Assembly (NCBI GenBank): GCA_000092065.1
Contig: CP000591.1
Direction: 5' to 3' (one strand)
From: Ostreococcus lucimarinus
Taxonomy: Eukaryota
Length of the DNA stretch: 64,000 nucleotides
Shown here: piece after piece, positions 46,604-58,200 of the stretch
Position numbering within the stretch: the stretch's first letter is position 1
Layout: every line of letters begins with the position of its first letter
Made by a program: the position numbers and the translations under genes
Notes under the pieces: generated by a model
Seen by the model: the letters and a program-made list of their open reading frames with translations, nothing else
Told to the model about the DNA's origin: nothing
The model's database searches: none

Positions 46604-47338
46604 ATGGGCACGACGCCCGAAAAGGTGGTGACGATGTACTTGGATGAAAAGTTTAAGTCGGCGACGGTCGAGGGGGAACTTTTGGCCAAGTGTGAAAACT
46701 TGAAGACGCTGTCGTGCGCGTCGTGCGGGTTGACGACGCTCGCGGGGTTCCCGGCGCTGGCGAATTTGAAGGATTTGAGTTTGAACGATAATCGCATCGC
46801 GGATGGGTTGGAAGCCTTGGTGGGGTGCAAGGCGCTCTCGTCGTTGTCGCTGGCGAATAATAAGCTGGCGAACGTGGACGATTTGAAAGCCGTGGCGGAG
46901 GAGTTGACGCTGTCGGTGCTCGAGTTGGAGGCGAATCCGTTGACGGAGAACGAAGACTATCACGAAAAGGTCATGACCATGATGCCCACGCTTAACGTGT
47001 TGGACGGAAGGGACGAGTTCGGGAATGAGATCGAAGACGACGACGAAGACGACGACGAAGACGAAGACGACGAAGACGACGAAGACGAAGACGAAGACGA
47101 CGATGAAGACGACGAAGACGCAGACGAAGACGAAGACGAAGACGAGTCCGAGGAAGAGGAAGAGGAAGAGGAAGAGGAGATGGGCTTAGCCGATCTCTAC
47201 GGCGACAAGCCGCTCGAAGACGACGACGACGACGACGACGCTTTCGTCGAAGACGAAGATCCCGAGAGCGAAGACATCGACGAAGAGGAGTCGGACGACG
47301 ACGAAGACGAAGCGGCGGCGAAAAAGCCCAAAATATAA
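46604..47338 (+). CDS. ANP32: acidic leucine-rich nuclear phosphoprotein 32 (ANP32) family protein
   Basis: LRR plus LRRcap (LSLNDNRIADGLEALVGCKALSSLSLANNKLANVDDL...NPLTENEDYHEKVMTMMPTLNVLDG) followed by a long poly-Asp/Glu tail and a basic KKPKI end. Confidence 0.75.
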   Translation: MGTTPEKVVTMYLDEKFKSATVEGELLAKCENLKTLSCASCGLTTLAGFPALANLKDLSLNDNRIADGLEALVGCKALSSLSLANNKLANVDDLKAVAEELTLSVLELEANPLTENEDYHEKVMTMMPTLNVLDGRDEFGNEIEDDDEDDDEDEDDEDDEDEDEDDDEDDEDADEDEDEDESEEEEEEEEEEMGLADLYGDKPLEDDDDDDDAFVEDEDPESEDIDEEESDDDEDEAAAKKPKI

Positions 47339-47973
47339 CCGCGCGTCGCGACGCCGCGCGCGTCGAGATCTCGCCATCGCCGAAGGACCACGACGCGTAG
47401 TTTTGTTTGTTTAATTTACCACGCACGACTAGCAAATCACGCGCGTCCCCCGTTCGATCGAACTCGAAGATAAAGTTTGACTTTAGTGTTACAAGCATTC
47501 TTTCGTCCATCGTCTCGCGTTCGTCGCAAACCTCCCGAAGCGACGATCGCTCGCGCCGTTCCTACACCATGTTATCGCCGTCTCTCGTGGTGCCGTACGA
47601 CGTCCCACGCAGCAAGCTCTGCGTCTCGCTCGCGCCGCTCGCCCGTAACCGCCTCGTCACCGCGTAGCTCGCCATCGCCGCGATCGCCACGCCGATCCCC
47701 GCGATCAGCGCCACGGGCGCCGTGATCGTGTACGTCCCCACCGCGATCGTGTACGACCCGAGCGACCCGAGCGTTTCGCCGATCGCCGTGCCCGCCGCGC
47801 CGAGCGACGCCGTCGCGCCCGCCGACGCCGACGCCCCCGCCGCGCCGCCCGTCAGCGTCATCGTCTCCGCCACCGCCGCCGTCGTGAGCAGGCCGCCCAT
47901 GAGCGATTTCGCGCGCGCGCGCGATTTCGCGCGTCGCGAGATCGCGCCGTCGTCGCGCGCGCGCCGGCGCGCG

Positions 47974-48221
47974 CGCGATCGAATCGGCGCGATCGCGCGC
48001 GCGCGATCGATCGATCGCGCGACGCTCGACGCGACCCTCGACGCGAGGTTCGCGATCGACGCGCGATCGACGCCGCGAGGTTCGACCGACGCGCGCGCGA
48101 TCGAATCGGCGCGATCGCGCGCGCGCGATCGATCGATCGCGCGACGCTCGACGCGACCCTCGACGCGAGGTTCGCGATCGACGCGCGATCGACGCCGCGA
48201 GGTTCGACCGACGCGCGCGCG
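47974..48221. repeat. Tandem duplication of 2 x about 124 bp in a CG-rich low-complexity spacer
   Basis: GCGCGATCGAATCGGCGCGATCGCGCGCGCGCGATCGATCGATCGCGCGACGCTCGACGCGACCCTCGACGCGAGGTTCGCGATCGACGCGCGATCGACGCCGCGAGGTTCGACCGACGCGC occurs twice in succession. Confidence 0.6.
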
Positions 48222-48313
48222 ATCGATCGATCGCCGTCGCGATCGCGCGGCGACGCGTCGGCGCGACCGTCGCGCGAGACGACGACGCGCGCGGCGTCGA
48301 CGCGACGCGCGCG

Positions 48314-48382
48314 ATGGCGACGATCGCGCGGCGGGTCGCGCGCGCGGCGTGGACGCGCGGCGCGCGGTTCGCGACGGCGACG

Positions 48383-48418
<36 letters not shown>

Positions 48419-49396
48419 GCGCGCGCGATCGCGACGACGGCGGAGGCGGCGCGCGGGACGACGGCGCGGTGGACGCTCGATCGAGGCGCGCGGTGGAGGA
48501 CGCTCGCGAGCGATGCGTCGACGCGGGCGGCGACGGTCGGGGGCGGAGAGGGCGGGACGAGGGCGCGCGAGGCGGACGCGACGGCGGACGGGCGGGACGA
48601 CGACGACGACGCGCGCGCGAGGGTCGACGCGGGGGTCATGCGCGTGCGCTGGACGATCGCGGAGGGACAGGGGCGGGGGGAGGACGCGGTGGTGCCGGTG
48701 TACTCGTTCGACGGCGAAGCGCGAGGATCGGTGGAGCTTCCGGGGCGGATATTTGATCAGCCGTTGCGCGTGGACGTCGCGCACCGCGTGGTGCGGTGGC
48801 AACGCGCCAAGGCGAGGAAGGGTTTGCACAAGACGAAGTCGCGCGGGGAGGTCGCGGGGTCGACGCGGAAGGTGAGACCGCAAAAAGGGTCGGGGCGCGC
48901 GCGCGTGGGGAACCTGAAGGCGCCGCAGATGCGAGGCGGGGGGACGGCGCACGGACCGGTGGTGCGGTCGCACGCGCACGCGCTGCCGAAAAAAGTGCGG
49001 CGAATGGGGCTCAAGGTGGCGCTCAGCGCCAAGGCGGCGGAGGGGAAGCTCATCGTTGTCGATTCATTCGCTGGGATGGAGCCGAAAACGCGCGCGATGA
49101 AGGCGACGCTCGAGCGGTTGACGGGCGACCTCGGCTTGGCCGCCGGCGGCGAGTTTCACTCGACGCTCATCATCGACGGCGAATTCGAGGAAATGGCGGA
49201 GAGCGTCGTGGACGCCGAGGACCAGTTCGGGCCGAGCGAGCTCGTGCGCATGAGCGCTCGAAATTTGCCGCACGTGGAGGTGCTGCCGCAAATCGGCGCC
49301 AACGTGTATAGCATTTTGCGTCGCCGGACGCTCATCGTCACCAAAAGCGGGCTCGAGCAGCTCATCGCGCGATTAGACGCGCCGATCAAGCGATGA
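48314..49396 (+). CDS. RPL4: organellar ribosomal protein uL4 with an N-terminal presequence
   Basis: uL4 core KGSGRARVGNLKAPQMRGGGTAHGPVVRS. N-terminal MATIARRVARAAWTRGARFATATA resembles a targeting peptide. Confidence 0.8.
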
Positions 49397-49459
49397 ATAG
49401 AGATGAATAGAGTTGTGTTGTGTTAATACGAGCGAACGACGTGATTAGCAAGAGTACGC

Positions 49460-50497
49460 CTACCAAGTCAAAATCATATCCTTCGTGTAGCCGAGCTCCT
49501 CGAGCGCCGGGAGCACGGCGAACTTCAACATCGGCGGTGGGCCGCAAATCAAAATTTGCGTGCGCTTCCCCGGCGGTGGCATCGTCTTTTCGATCATTTC
49601 TTTGGTGATGAAACCGCAGAAGTGCGACCAGCCGGCTTTGGGCGGGCGGTCGAGCGTGTAGTCGGCGCTAAACTTGTCGGCGCCGTATTTAGCGACGTCG
49701 GATTCAATCTCCTCGCGACACAAAATATCCGCCTCGGTTTGGTTCGCGAACAACAAATTCATCTTCACCTTGTCTCCGTTATCTAAAATAGCGCGCGAGA
49801 TTTGCAACATGGGCGTGATTCCGCTGCCGCCCGCGATCATGCCGACGCGCGAGCACTTGCGTTTTTCAAACCCGCCGCCCTGCGAACGCAACCGCCTGAT
49901 CGCGAAGACCCCACCGCCTTCGTACGTTTTCATCCCTTTCGGCCCATCGAAGTCGCACGAGTCACCGACGCGCAACCCATCGAGGTGTTGGCTCACCTTC
50001 CCCCCGAGCGGAAACTTTTCGCACGGCTTGTACGCCTTAATCACAAACGTCACCGAACCCTCTTGATCGTCCGTGCTCACCGGCGTGTACGGTCGCTCGT
50101 GCCGCTCGCCGCTCTTCGCGTCCACGTACGACAACCCGACGTGCTGTCCCACGGGCAAGCCCAAGACGTGCGACGGCGTCGGCAGCGCGAACGTCAGCCG
50201 CGCCGCGTCCGGCGAAATCTGTTCTCTTCGCGCCAACTTCAGCGCGACGCGCGACGTCCCGAGCGTCTTCGGCGACGCCGCCGTCCGCGCCTTCGCTCGA
50301 CGACGCGCGCTCCCCTCGCGCGTCGCGCGCAGCGCGAGATCGAGGACGACCAAGAGCGCGGCGACCGCGATCCCGAGCACGGTGACCGCGTTGACGAACT
50401 CGGGCGTGCCGAACTCTGGGAGCGTCAGCGCGCCCGTCTTCGCGTCGAACAGCGTCTTGGGCAGCGCGAACAGCTCGCGCGGCGCGGGCGCGGGCAT
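49460..50497 (-). CDS. CBR: NADH-cytochrome b5 reductase
   Basis: FAD/NAD motifs RPYTPVS, GKVSQHL, MIAGGSGITPMLQ, LLFANQTEADIL and CGPPPM. N-terminal TM anchor. Confidence 0.85.
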   Translation of the reverse strand: MPAPAPRELFALPKTLFDAKTGALTLPEFGTPEFVNAVTVLGIAVAALLVVLDLALRATREGSARRRAKARTAASPKTLGTSRVALKLARREQISPDAARLTFALPTPSHVLGLPVGQHVGLSYVDAKSGERHERPYTPVSTDDQEGSVTFVIKAYKPCEKFPLGGKVSQHLDGLRVGDSCDFDGPKGMKTYEGGGVFAIRRLRSQGGGFEKRKCSRVGMIAGGSGITPMLQISRAILDNGDKVKMNLLFANQTEADILCREEIESDVAKYGADKFSADYTLDRPPKAGWSHFCGFITKEMIEKTMPPPGKRTQILICGPPPMLKFAVLPALEELGYTKDMILTW

Positions 50498-50691
50498 CGC
50501 GCGCGCAGCGCGACGAGCGTCGGCGCGTGACGCGACGGACGCGGACGCGATCGGCGCGACGCGATCGATCGATCGACGCGACGTCGAACCTCGGCCCGTA
50601 ACAAAAAAAACGCGCGCGCGGACGGGTGAGGGGGAGATGTTTATCGTGGTTTGCGTGTATCATGGGCGTTTGATACGCTTGAATATGTGAT

Positions 50692-50765
50692 GTTGGGTTG
50701 GTATAGTTGGTTATTACGTCCGCCTCACACGCGGAAGGTCAGGAGTTCGAACCTCCTACCCAATA
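50692..50765 (+). tRNA. tRNA-Val (anticodon CAC)
   Basis: GTTGGGT-TG-GTAT-AGTTGGTTA-TTAC-G-TCCGC-CTCACAC-GCGGA-AGGTC-AGGAG-TTCGAAC-CTCCT-ACCCAAT-A folds as a cloverleaf, with one mismatch in the D-stem and G1-U72. Confidence 0.75.
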
Positions 50766-50770
50766 CGCGC

Positions 50771-50778
50771 TTTTTTTG
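50771..50778 (+). terminator. RNA polymerase III oligo-T terminator downstream of tRNA-Val
   Basis: A TTTTTTT run begins 6 nt after the discriminator base. Confidence 0.4.
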
Positions 50779-50918
50779 TTTTGAGAGTGGAAATACTTCT
50801 TTTCCACGCATAATACGTATTTCGTCGACCGTTCACGACTCGTCAGCCTCGAGGGACGCCACACGCGGACGCGCGACGACCGACGCGCGCGCGCCGCGCG
50901 CCGCGTCGCGGACGCGCG

Positions 50919-51695
50919 ATGCTCGCGGGCGCGCCCCGCGCGCGTCCGCGCGACGTCGGCGCGCGTCGACGACGCCCCGCGTCGCGCGGAAGCGTCGCGG
51001 CGCGGACGCGCGCCGCCGCCGCCTCGCGCGAGTGCAGGCACTACGTCAACCTGAAGAACGGCATCGAGGCGCTGCCGACGCTGCGCGACGACCTGGGCGT
51101 GCGCTCGTACGAGTTCGTTCGCATACAGAGCTCGCTGCTCGAGAACGGGGACTGCGAGAAGATGATCTTGGAGCTCGACGCGTCGCTGCTGCTCAACCTG
51201 GCGCTCGGGCGGTCGTGCTTCGTGTGGGACTTTGGATCGCGCGACGTCGTCAAGGGGCGAGGCAATCCGCGCGCGCTGTGGTACGGGGCGGAGTTCATTC
51301 GATACGCGCTGCGGAAGGAGTGGTTTCCCGAGGGCGTGGGGGACGCCGCGCGACGCGAAAACGTGCCGGTGGTGCGCGGGAAGCAAGTCGAGCGCGAGTG
51401 GGCGACGAAATTGACCATGTTCGGTCGCTCGGCGAAGCGCAAGATTCGGTATTACAGACAATTCATTCCGGACGACGTGCGCGACGTGCGATTGATCGGG
51501 GTGTACAGACCGACGACGCACGACGACGACGCCGAATACTATCGCGAGGTGCTGTTGCGACACGAGTTCGGTGACGGAGGGGACGTTCCGGACGTCGTGC
51601 GCGACGAGCGCGAGACGATCGAGGCGATCAAGAGGTTGTCGTACAATATATTTTTTGCCGGCGTGGAGGAGCCGGCGTGGTTGAACCAAAAGTAA
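50919..51695 (+). CDS. hypothetical protein
   Basis: 258-aa ORF with a globular-looking region (CRHYVNLKNGIEALPTLRDDLGVRSYEFVRIQSSLLENGDCEKMILELD...) that is not Arg-run artefact. No family recognised. The first roughly 35 aa are Arg-rich. Confidence 0.35.
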   Translation: MLAGAPRARPRDVGARRRRPASRGSVAARTRAAAASRECRHYVNLKNGIEALPTLRDDLGVRSYEFVRIQSSLLENGDCEKMILELDASLLLNLALGRSCFVWDFGSRDVVKGRGNPRALWYGAEFIRYALRKEWFPEGVGDAARRENVPVVRGKQVEREWATKLTMFGRSAKRKIRYYRQFIPDDVRDVRLIGVYRPTTHDDDAEYYREVLLRHEFGDGGDVPDVVRDERETIEAIKRLSYNIFFAGVEEPAWLNQK

Positions 51696-51742
51696 TAGTA
51701 GTCTACGCATGTCAACACAATCACAGAAACGCTCGCTCACCG

Positions 51743-53545
51743 CTAACGCTTTTTGCTGAAATAATTCGTAATTTCGTTCTTACGCTTCACGCCGCCACCG
51801 GTGGACTTGTCTAACAAGCCCATGGACGCTCGAATCTCGCGCTGAATCGCCTCCGGGAGCTCGGCCAACACGTTTTTGTCGATTTGATCAGCCTTGATCG
51901 GACTCGCCGCGGGCGTCGCCGACACCGACGCCGGCGCCTTGGCTGCTTTCGTCGCGTTCTTAAACATCTCCACGACGTCGCCGCTGTCTTTTTCGAGCGA
52001 CACGAAATTTGACGCCGACACGGACATCCCGGTGATCGACCAACGCTCGCGACCACTGGCCCATTTCGAGAGCAACGTGAGCGCGTCTTGCGCCATTTCG
52101 TCCGCGCCAGGTCGCAAAGGACACCGTCGCGAGCAATGCCCACTGCTCGTCTCGCGCTCATCCGGGCTCGAAAGACCTAAAGTCAACAGCTTTGGCACGC
52201 GATTCCACTCTTCTTCGTCCGCCTCGCACCGATCGTTCAACTCGGCGGTGAGTTCGGCGAGCCAGTGCTTGGCGCTCGCGATGGAGCGAATCGCCAACGC
52301 CCCTCGAAACGTCTTCCCGGTGCCGATGCTTTTCGGCATCTCGCGCGCTTTGACAGGGTCATCATCTAAACCTAAAGACACTTTGCGCACCCACTGCGCT
52401 TTTTCTTCCCCACAAACTTCCTCGAGCTTGCGCAGCGGCGTCCTCGCGAGTTCGCCGATGGTTTTCACGTTTAAACCATCCGCGAGCTCGCGTCCAAACT
52501 TGGCACCTAAACCGCGAATGCGGTCGATGGGTAATTCATCTAAAAGCGTCGACGTGTGGTCGGGACAGAGTACCGTTTGCGACGCCGGCTTGTTCATCCC
52601 ACTCGTCAGCTTGGCGAGCATTTTGTTCAACGCGATGCCCGCGCTCAACGTGTACCCGAGCTCGTCCACGCACGCCTTGCGAAGATTGAAACAAATGTAC
52701 GCCCCCGCGGCGAGAAGTTTCTCTTCCTCTCGCCATTCGCTCTCGTCTCTATTCCACCACGCCACGGACGCCTCATCAGGAGGTCGCGGTCGAAAATTTC
52801 GCATCGGATCTTCTTCTTCCTTCGCCGCCGCCTCGACCGTCGCGTCCCCCGCCGCCGCCGCCTCGACCGACGCGTCCCCCGCCGCCGCGTTCTCGATGGT
52901 CTCCTCCACCGCGCCCGCGCCCAGCACCGGTCCATCCGCGCTGCCCGCCCGCAGCGCCTTCTTACTCACGTATCCTTTCCCGCTCACCGCGCTCGCGCCC
53001 GCCGCGTGACTCGTCCTCGCCTTTTCCAAAATCGTCGCCCACGCCGTCTCCTCCAAAACCTTCTTCGCGCTCTCCGTCAGATCCAAGTACGCCTCGTCGA
53101 TGCTCGCCCGCTCGATCGTCCCTCCGCGCGCCAGCACCGCCGCCACCTCGCGTCCCGCCTCCCTGTACAGCGTCAAATCCGCCTTCGACCGCCGCGTCGG
53201 CACCTGCACCACCGCGCACGCCGGCGCCAGCGCCCTCGCCTCGCGTCCTCGCATGTTCCGCTTCACCCCTCTCGCGCGCGCCTCGTACGACACCGCGATC
53301 AACGAGTGATTTTCGAACCCATCGCGAAGCTCTCGATCGTCGTCCGGCGCCAGCGCGCGCACGCCGCCGCGCTCGAACGGATTATACTGCACCACCACCA
53401 GCGGGACATCCTCCGCCGACGCGCGCCCGTCGCGGCGCCCCGCCGCGGTCTTCGCGCGCAGATCGCGGCGCTCGACCTGGCAGTAAAACGCGTCGAGGTC
53501 CAGGTGCGCGACGACGCGGTGCGTCGCGATCGCGCGCGTCGTCAT
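51743..53545 (-). CDS. POLH: DNA polymerase eta (Y-family translesion polymerase)
   Basis: VAHLDLDAFYCQVE (compare ALVDMDCFFVQVE), SIDEAYLDLT catalytic motif, and little-finger region. Confidence 0.8.
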   Translation of the reverse strand: MTTRAIATHRVVAHLDLDAFYCQVERRDLRAKTAAGRRDGRASAEDVPLVVVQYNPFERGGVRALAPDDDRELRDGFENHSLIAVSYEARARGVKRNMRGREARALAPACAVVQVPTRRSKADLTLYREAGREVAAVLARGGTIERASIDEAYLDLTESAKKVLEETAWATILEKARTSHAAGASAVSGKGYVSKKALRAGSADGPVLGAGAVEETIENAAAGDASVEAAAAGDATVEAAAKEEEDPMRNFRPRPPDEASVAWWNRDESEWREEEKLLAAGAYICFNLRKACVDELGYTLSAGIALNKMLAKLTSGMNKPASQTVLCPDHTSTLLDELPIDRIRGLGAKFGRELADGLNVKTIGELARTPLRKLEEVCGEEKAQWVRKVSLGLDDDPVKAREMPKSIGTGKTFRGALAIRSIASAKHWLAELTAELNDRCEADEEEWNRVPKLLTLGLSSPDERETSSGHCSRRCPLRPGADEMAQDALTLLSKWASGRERWSITGMSVSASNFVSLEKDSGDVVEMFKNATKAAKAPASVSATPAASPIKADQIDKNVLAELPEAIQREIRASMGLLDKSTGGGVKRKNEITNYFSKKR

Positions 53546-53587
53546 TCCGCGACGACGGACGCGCGCGCGACGGTTGCGATGTCGACG

Positions 53588-54904
53588 ACGTCGCGCGCGA
53601 TCGCGACGCCGCGGATCGACGCGCGCGCGCGCCGAGCGAGGACGACGCGATCGACGCGCGCGCGCGCGTCGACCGAGGACGACGGTCCGGCGACGTCGCG
53701 ACGCGCGGCGACGCTGAGGAATGAGGGCGCGTACGCGGTGCTCGAAAAAGTCGCGGCGCTCGAGCGACGAAGCGACGCGAAGGGCGCGAAGCGAGTGCTG
53801 CGATTGGAGATCGGACAGCCGGGATTCGCGACGCCGGCGCGCGTGTGCGACGCGGCGGTGCGAGCGATCGAGGGAGGGGAGACGAAGTACGCGGCGCCGA
53901 GCGGCGCGCCGAGGCTGCGCGAAGCCGTCGCGGAGTATCTCGTGAGAACGCGAGGCGTGGCGTACGAGGCGGAAAACGTGGTCGTGGGACCGGGCGCGAA
54001 GCCGGGGCTGTTTTTGCCGACGCTCGCGTGTTGCGATCCGGGAGATGAGGTGGTGTATCCGGATCCCGGATTTCCGACGTACGCGGCGATGTGCGCGGCG
54101 GCGGGCGCGACGCCGAGACCGGTGCCTCTGCGGAGCGATGGCGCGAGTTTCGACATGGCGGCGCTGGAGGCGAGCGTGAACGAGAAGACGAAGATGATCG
54201 TGATCAATTCTCCGGGGAATCCGACCGGTGGGGTGATGCCGAGAGAGGACGTGGCGGCGGTCGCGCGGCTGGCGAAAAAGTTCAACTGTTGGGTGATGAG
54301 CGATGAAATATATTCGCGATTGATTTACGACGACGAGGAGGAGGGGGGGGAGAACGACGAGAAGATATTCAGCATCTGTGCCTTGGATGGGATGAAGGAG
54401 CGCACGATTTTAGTCGACGGCTTCAGCAAGACCTATTGCATGACCGGGTGGCGTCTCGGCTGGGTGGCGTGCCCGAAACATCTCGCCGAGAAGATCAAAC
54501 TTCTCACCGTACACAGCGTTGGCTGCGTCGCTGCGTTCACGCAAATCGCCGGCGTCGAGGCGCTCACGGGCCCTCAAGACTCGGTGAAGGCGATGCGAGA
54601 CGAATATCGCGTCCGACGCGACTTCGTCGTCGACGCCCTCAACGACATCCCCGGCATCTCCTGTCCCGTGCCCAAGGGCGCTTTTTACGCCTTCCCGTCT
54701 TTTGACTTCCCCGACGTCACCGCCCAAGAGCTCGCGGATTACCTCTTAGAGGACGCCCGCGTCGCGCTCTTGCCCGGCACCGACTTCGGCGCCGCGGGCG
54801 AGCGTCACTTGCGACTCTCCTACGTCGGCGAGCTCTCCGATCTCCGCGAAGCCATGGCGCGGATCAAGACGTCTCTGGCCAAGCGCTTTCCCGACTTCGT
54901 TTAA
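53588..54904 (+). CDS. class I/II pyridoxal-phosphate aminotransferase (aspartate/aromatic family)
   Basis: ATG at 53588 (MSTTSRAIATP, presequence-like). LRLEIGQPGF, NSPGNPTGG, and the PLP-lysine motif FSKTYCMTGWRLGW. It is head-to-head with POLH, 42 bp apart. Confidence 0.8.
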   Translation, partial: TSRAIATPRIDARARRARTTRSTRARASTEDDGPATSRRAATLRNEGAYAVLEKVAALERRSDAKGAKRVLRLEIGQPGFATPARVCDAAVRAIEGGETKYAAPSGAPRLREAVAEYLVRTRGVAYEAENVVVGPGAKPGLFLPTLACCDPGDEVVYPDPGFPTYAAMCAAAGATPRPVPLRSDGASFDMAALEASVNEKTKMIVINSPGNPTGGVMPREDVAAVARLAKKFNCWVMSDEIYSRLIYDDEEEGGENDEKIFSICALDGMKERTILVDGFSKTYCMTGWRLGWVACPKHLAEKIKLLTVHSVGCVAAFTQIAGVEALTGPQDSVKAMRDEYRVRRDFVVDALNDIPGISCPVPKGAFYAFPSFDFPDVTAQELADYLLEDARVALLPGTDFGAAGERHLRLSYVGELSDLREAMARIKTSLAKRFPDFV

Positions 54905-55237
54905 ACGCCTCGAATCGCCGCGCGCCGGCGTCCGCGAATTTCGCCGCGGCGAACGCGATTTAATAACGAAATCCCGTCTCGTATTGCGCATCTCACGACA
55001 TCTCCAACACCCCCGGCGAGCGCGACACACGCGCGCGCGCGACCTGACACCGCGCGTCGACCGCGCGACGCGCGGCGCCGACGAAAAGCGCACGCTTCGT
55101 CGCACACCGCGCACGCGCACGCGACCGCACGGCGACCCTCAGCGACGCGCGCGCGGAAGATCGAGCGCGGATCGAGCCAACAACACCCGCGCGCGCGCGA
55201 CGCGTGCGGTAGAGCGCTCGAGGCGACGCGAGCGCTC

Positions 55238-58200
55238 GTGAGGACGAAAAGAGGCGACATGGGGCACGCTTCGAACGATGCGAGCGGTCGCGGTCGACGA
55301 GGGATGACGTCGGGGACGGCGCTGCGAGCGTTGATGGCGGCGAGCGCGGCGACGTTGGCGCGCGCGAGCGCGACGACTTCGACGTGCGATTATTACATGA
55401 CGCCCGAGGGTGAGGGAACGACGATCGGGCAAACCGACGCGGGTACTATCATGAATCCGTTCGGGAGCTTGGAGGAGGCGCAGTTGGCGCTGAAACCGGG
55501 GCAGACGCTGTGCGTGTTGAGCGGGACGTACGAGCTCGACACGTTCATCGGGGCGGAGATCTTGGCGCGAGGTAATGCCGACGCGCCGATTACCATTCGC
55601 GGCTACCGCACGAGCGATGGTGCGGATTTGCCAAAGTTCCGGTTTAGCGGTGGTGTTGCGTTGGATTTTAGAGGTGCCGAGTACGTCACCGTAGAAGACA
55701 TTGAAGTCGACGGCGGCGCCTCGGAGGCGACTACGGAGGATGTCGTCAAAGCGTGGTGGAATGGTGAAAAGCTCGCGCACGTGGGTAGGACTTGCTTTAG
55801 AATTGGTCAAAAGTCGCGACACGTGAGCATCAAGCGAAACGCGTGCCACGACGTCAGTGAGGTGGCGGTAAACGTCGTCGACGCGTTATATTCATCAATC
55901 AAGCTCAACGTGTTTTATCGCATCGGTTGGTTTGGTGTCGGCGATATCGCTGCGGTGAAACGCACATACACCGCCGCGGTGGACGAAGACGAAGAAGATG
56001 ACTATCGGCTGGATGTACAAGGCAACGCGATCTGGGGCGTCGAATCGCACTTGTATGAGCGAACGGAGAATGCTTCGTACTCCAAATTTGTGAAGACTTT
56101 CGGCGTCGCTTTGGACGCTGTGGCGGATGAAGATCTACGAATGCGATTTTCCGAGAACGTCATCGCGTTCAACGCTAACGTTGGGATGAAGATCGCGCGT
56201 TCGCCGTACGTTGTCGTGAGCAAGAACACGTTCTACTCCGATCCCACCGCCGGCGCGTCTTTACTCACTGACTCAGCCATGACTTCGAAGTTAATTTTGA
56301 AGGATAACATCTTCTCCACGAGTCAAAGTGCTGACTTCGCGCTCGATGTGGGCGCATCATATGGTACCGATATCGATCCTGATTTCTTCCGCAACAACAT
56401 TGTCGCCGGAGGCGGTGCGGTTCTCGATGGCAACCTCACCGTCACGCGTATCTCGTCGCAACTCTTCGCGGATGCCGCGCACGGCAACTTTACCCTTCTT
56501 CCGGCGGCCGAAGAAAGTATCAACGCCACTACGGTACCAGGAGTGGATGCGGCGGTTTTGAAGGTTCTCGCTCGCGTGATGAAGGATTTCAATGCCGGTA
56601 CGATGGCGAGAAGCGAGTGGGTGGCGAATCACAAGACGCTCACCCAGTTGATCATCAAAACGGCGCCGTCGATGTACACAAAAATCACGTCCACGCGAAA
56701 AGGTCCGGAAGACGCATCGGTGCAGTTCACTGATCCCGTCACGAATGAGTTTTTCACGTTGAAACTCAATCCTGCGTACGCGCGCGATCTTTTCGAGCGC
56801 GGTGCGTCTCCGTTGGACGGCTCCGAGGATGAGAACGCGTATCCGTTGGATGGCCCCGACGATGAGAACGCGTATCCGATCTCTGTGGGTGCACTCGGTC
56901 AAGGTTACCCGGCGAATAACACTGGTTACCCGTCGAATAGCACTGGTTACCCGTCGAGTAGCACTGGATACCCGTCGGATAGCACTGGTTCTGGTTACCC
57001 GTCGAATAGCACTGGATACCCGGCAAGCGGATACCCGGCGAATAGCACTGGATATCCGGCAAAGGGATACCCGGCGAACAGCAACGGATATCCGGCAAAG
57101 GGATACCCGGCGAACAGCACTGGATATCCGGCAAAGGGATACCCGGCGAACAGCAACGGATATCCGGCAAAGGGATACCCGGCGAACAGCACCGGATATC
57201 CGGCAAAGGGATACCCGGCGAACAGCAACGGATATCCGGCAAAGGGATACCCGGCGAACAGCACCGGATATCCGGCAAAGGGATACCCGGCGAACAGCAA
57301 CGGATATCCGGCAAAGGGATACCCGGCGAACAGCAACGGATATCCGGCCAACAGCGATGGGTATCCAGCGACGCGGACGCCAGCCATGCCGGAAAGCATC
57401 GCCGAACAGATAGAAGACGCCGTCGCGGACGCCGTCCAGCAAATTCAAAGTGTCACGGCGAACGCGACTGAGGAGATTGTACAGGCTGAGGCAGAAGCGG
57501 TGACTAACGTGACCGAGACGGCGGGAGACGAAGAAGGATCCGACGTGGATGAGTTGTTGGCGGACGCCACAAATGACGTTTCGCCACCGCCGCCACCGCC
57601 GCCGCCGCCGAGACGCAAGCCGCCGCCGCCGCCGCCGCCGTACCCGGGCACGGTCCAACCGCCGTCGCCACCGCTTCCGCCGGCACCTCCTCATGTGGAT
57701 AGCGAAGCTGGCCTCGTGAATGGTCGCATCGTCATTCCCGTAAGGGACACGCTCAGAGATTTCCTTCTGGAGAGAAATGAAGTAGTGAACGCGTCCTCGA
57801 TGAGCTTGGACCATCCGGATGAAGATGTATCCGAAATCGAAGATCTTGAGCCGGAGTGCTACAATCCTCCGCGCGGATGTCCGGCCATATTCCATTTGAG
57901 CAACTACAGAGCTCAAGCGGTGTCAAAAGTGTCTGATGACTCGTCCACGTCGTACTCGAGCGACCGAGCGGCGTTCGCGGCGTATCGTGGCGAGCGTTTC
58001 GCTACTGAACAGTCACGAGGTTCGGTGCAGGAGTTCGATGCACAGCGGCCGGTGGAAGATAGTCCGTACGGACCGAACATTGATAGAGCCTTCTTTGCCG
58101 CACTTGGGATGCAAAAGGAGTCCGCATTCAAACCGAATGAGATCATCGCCCCGATGGCTGTCCTCATGGTCATCGCCGCCGCGGTTGTCGCGAGCGAGAG

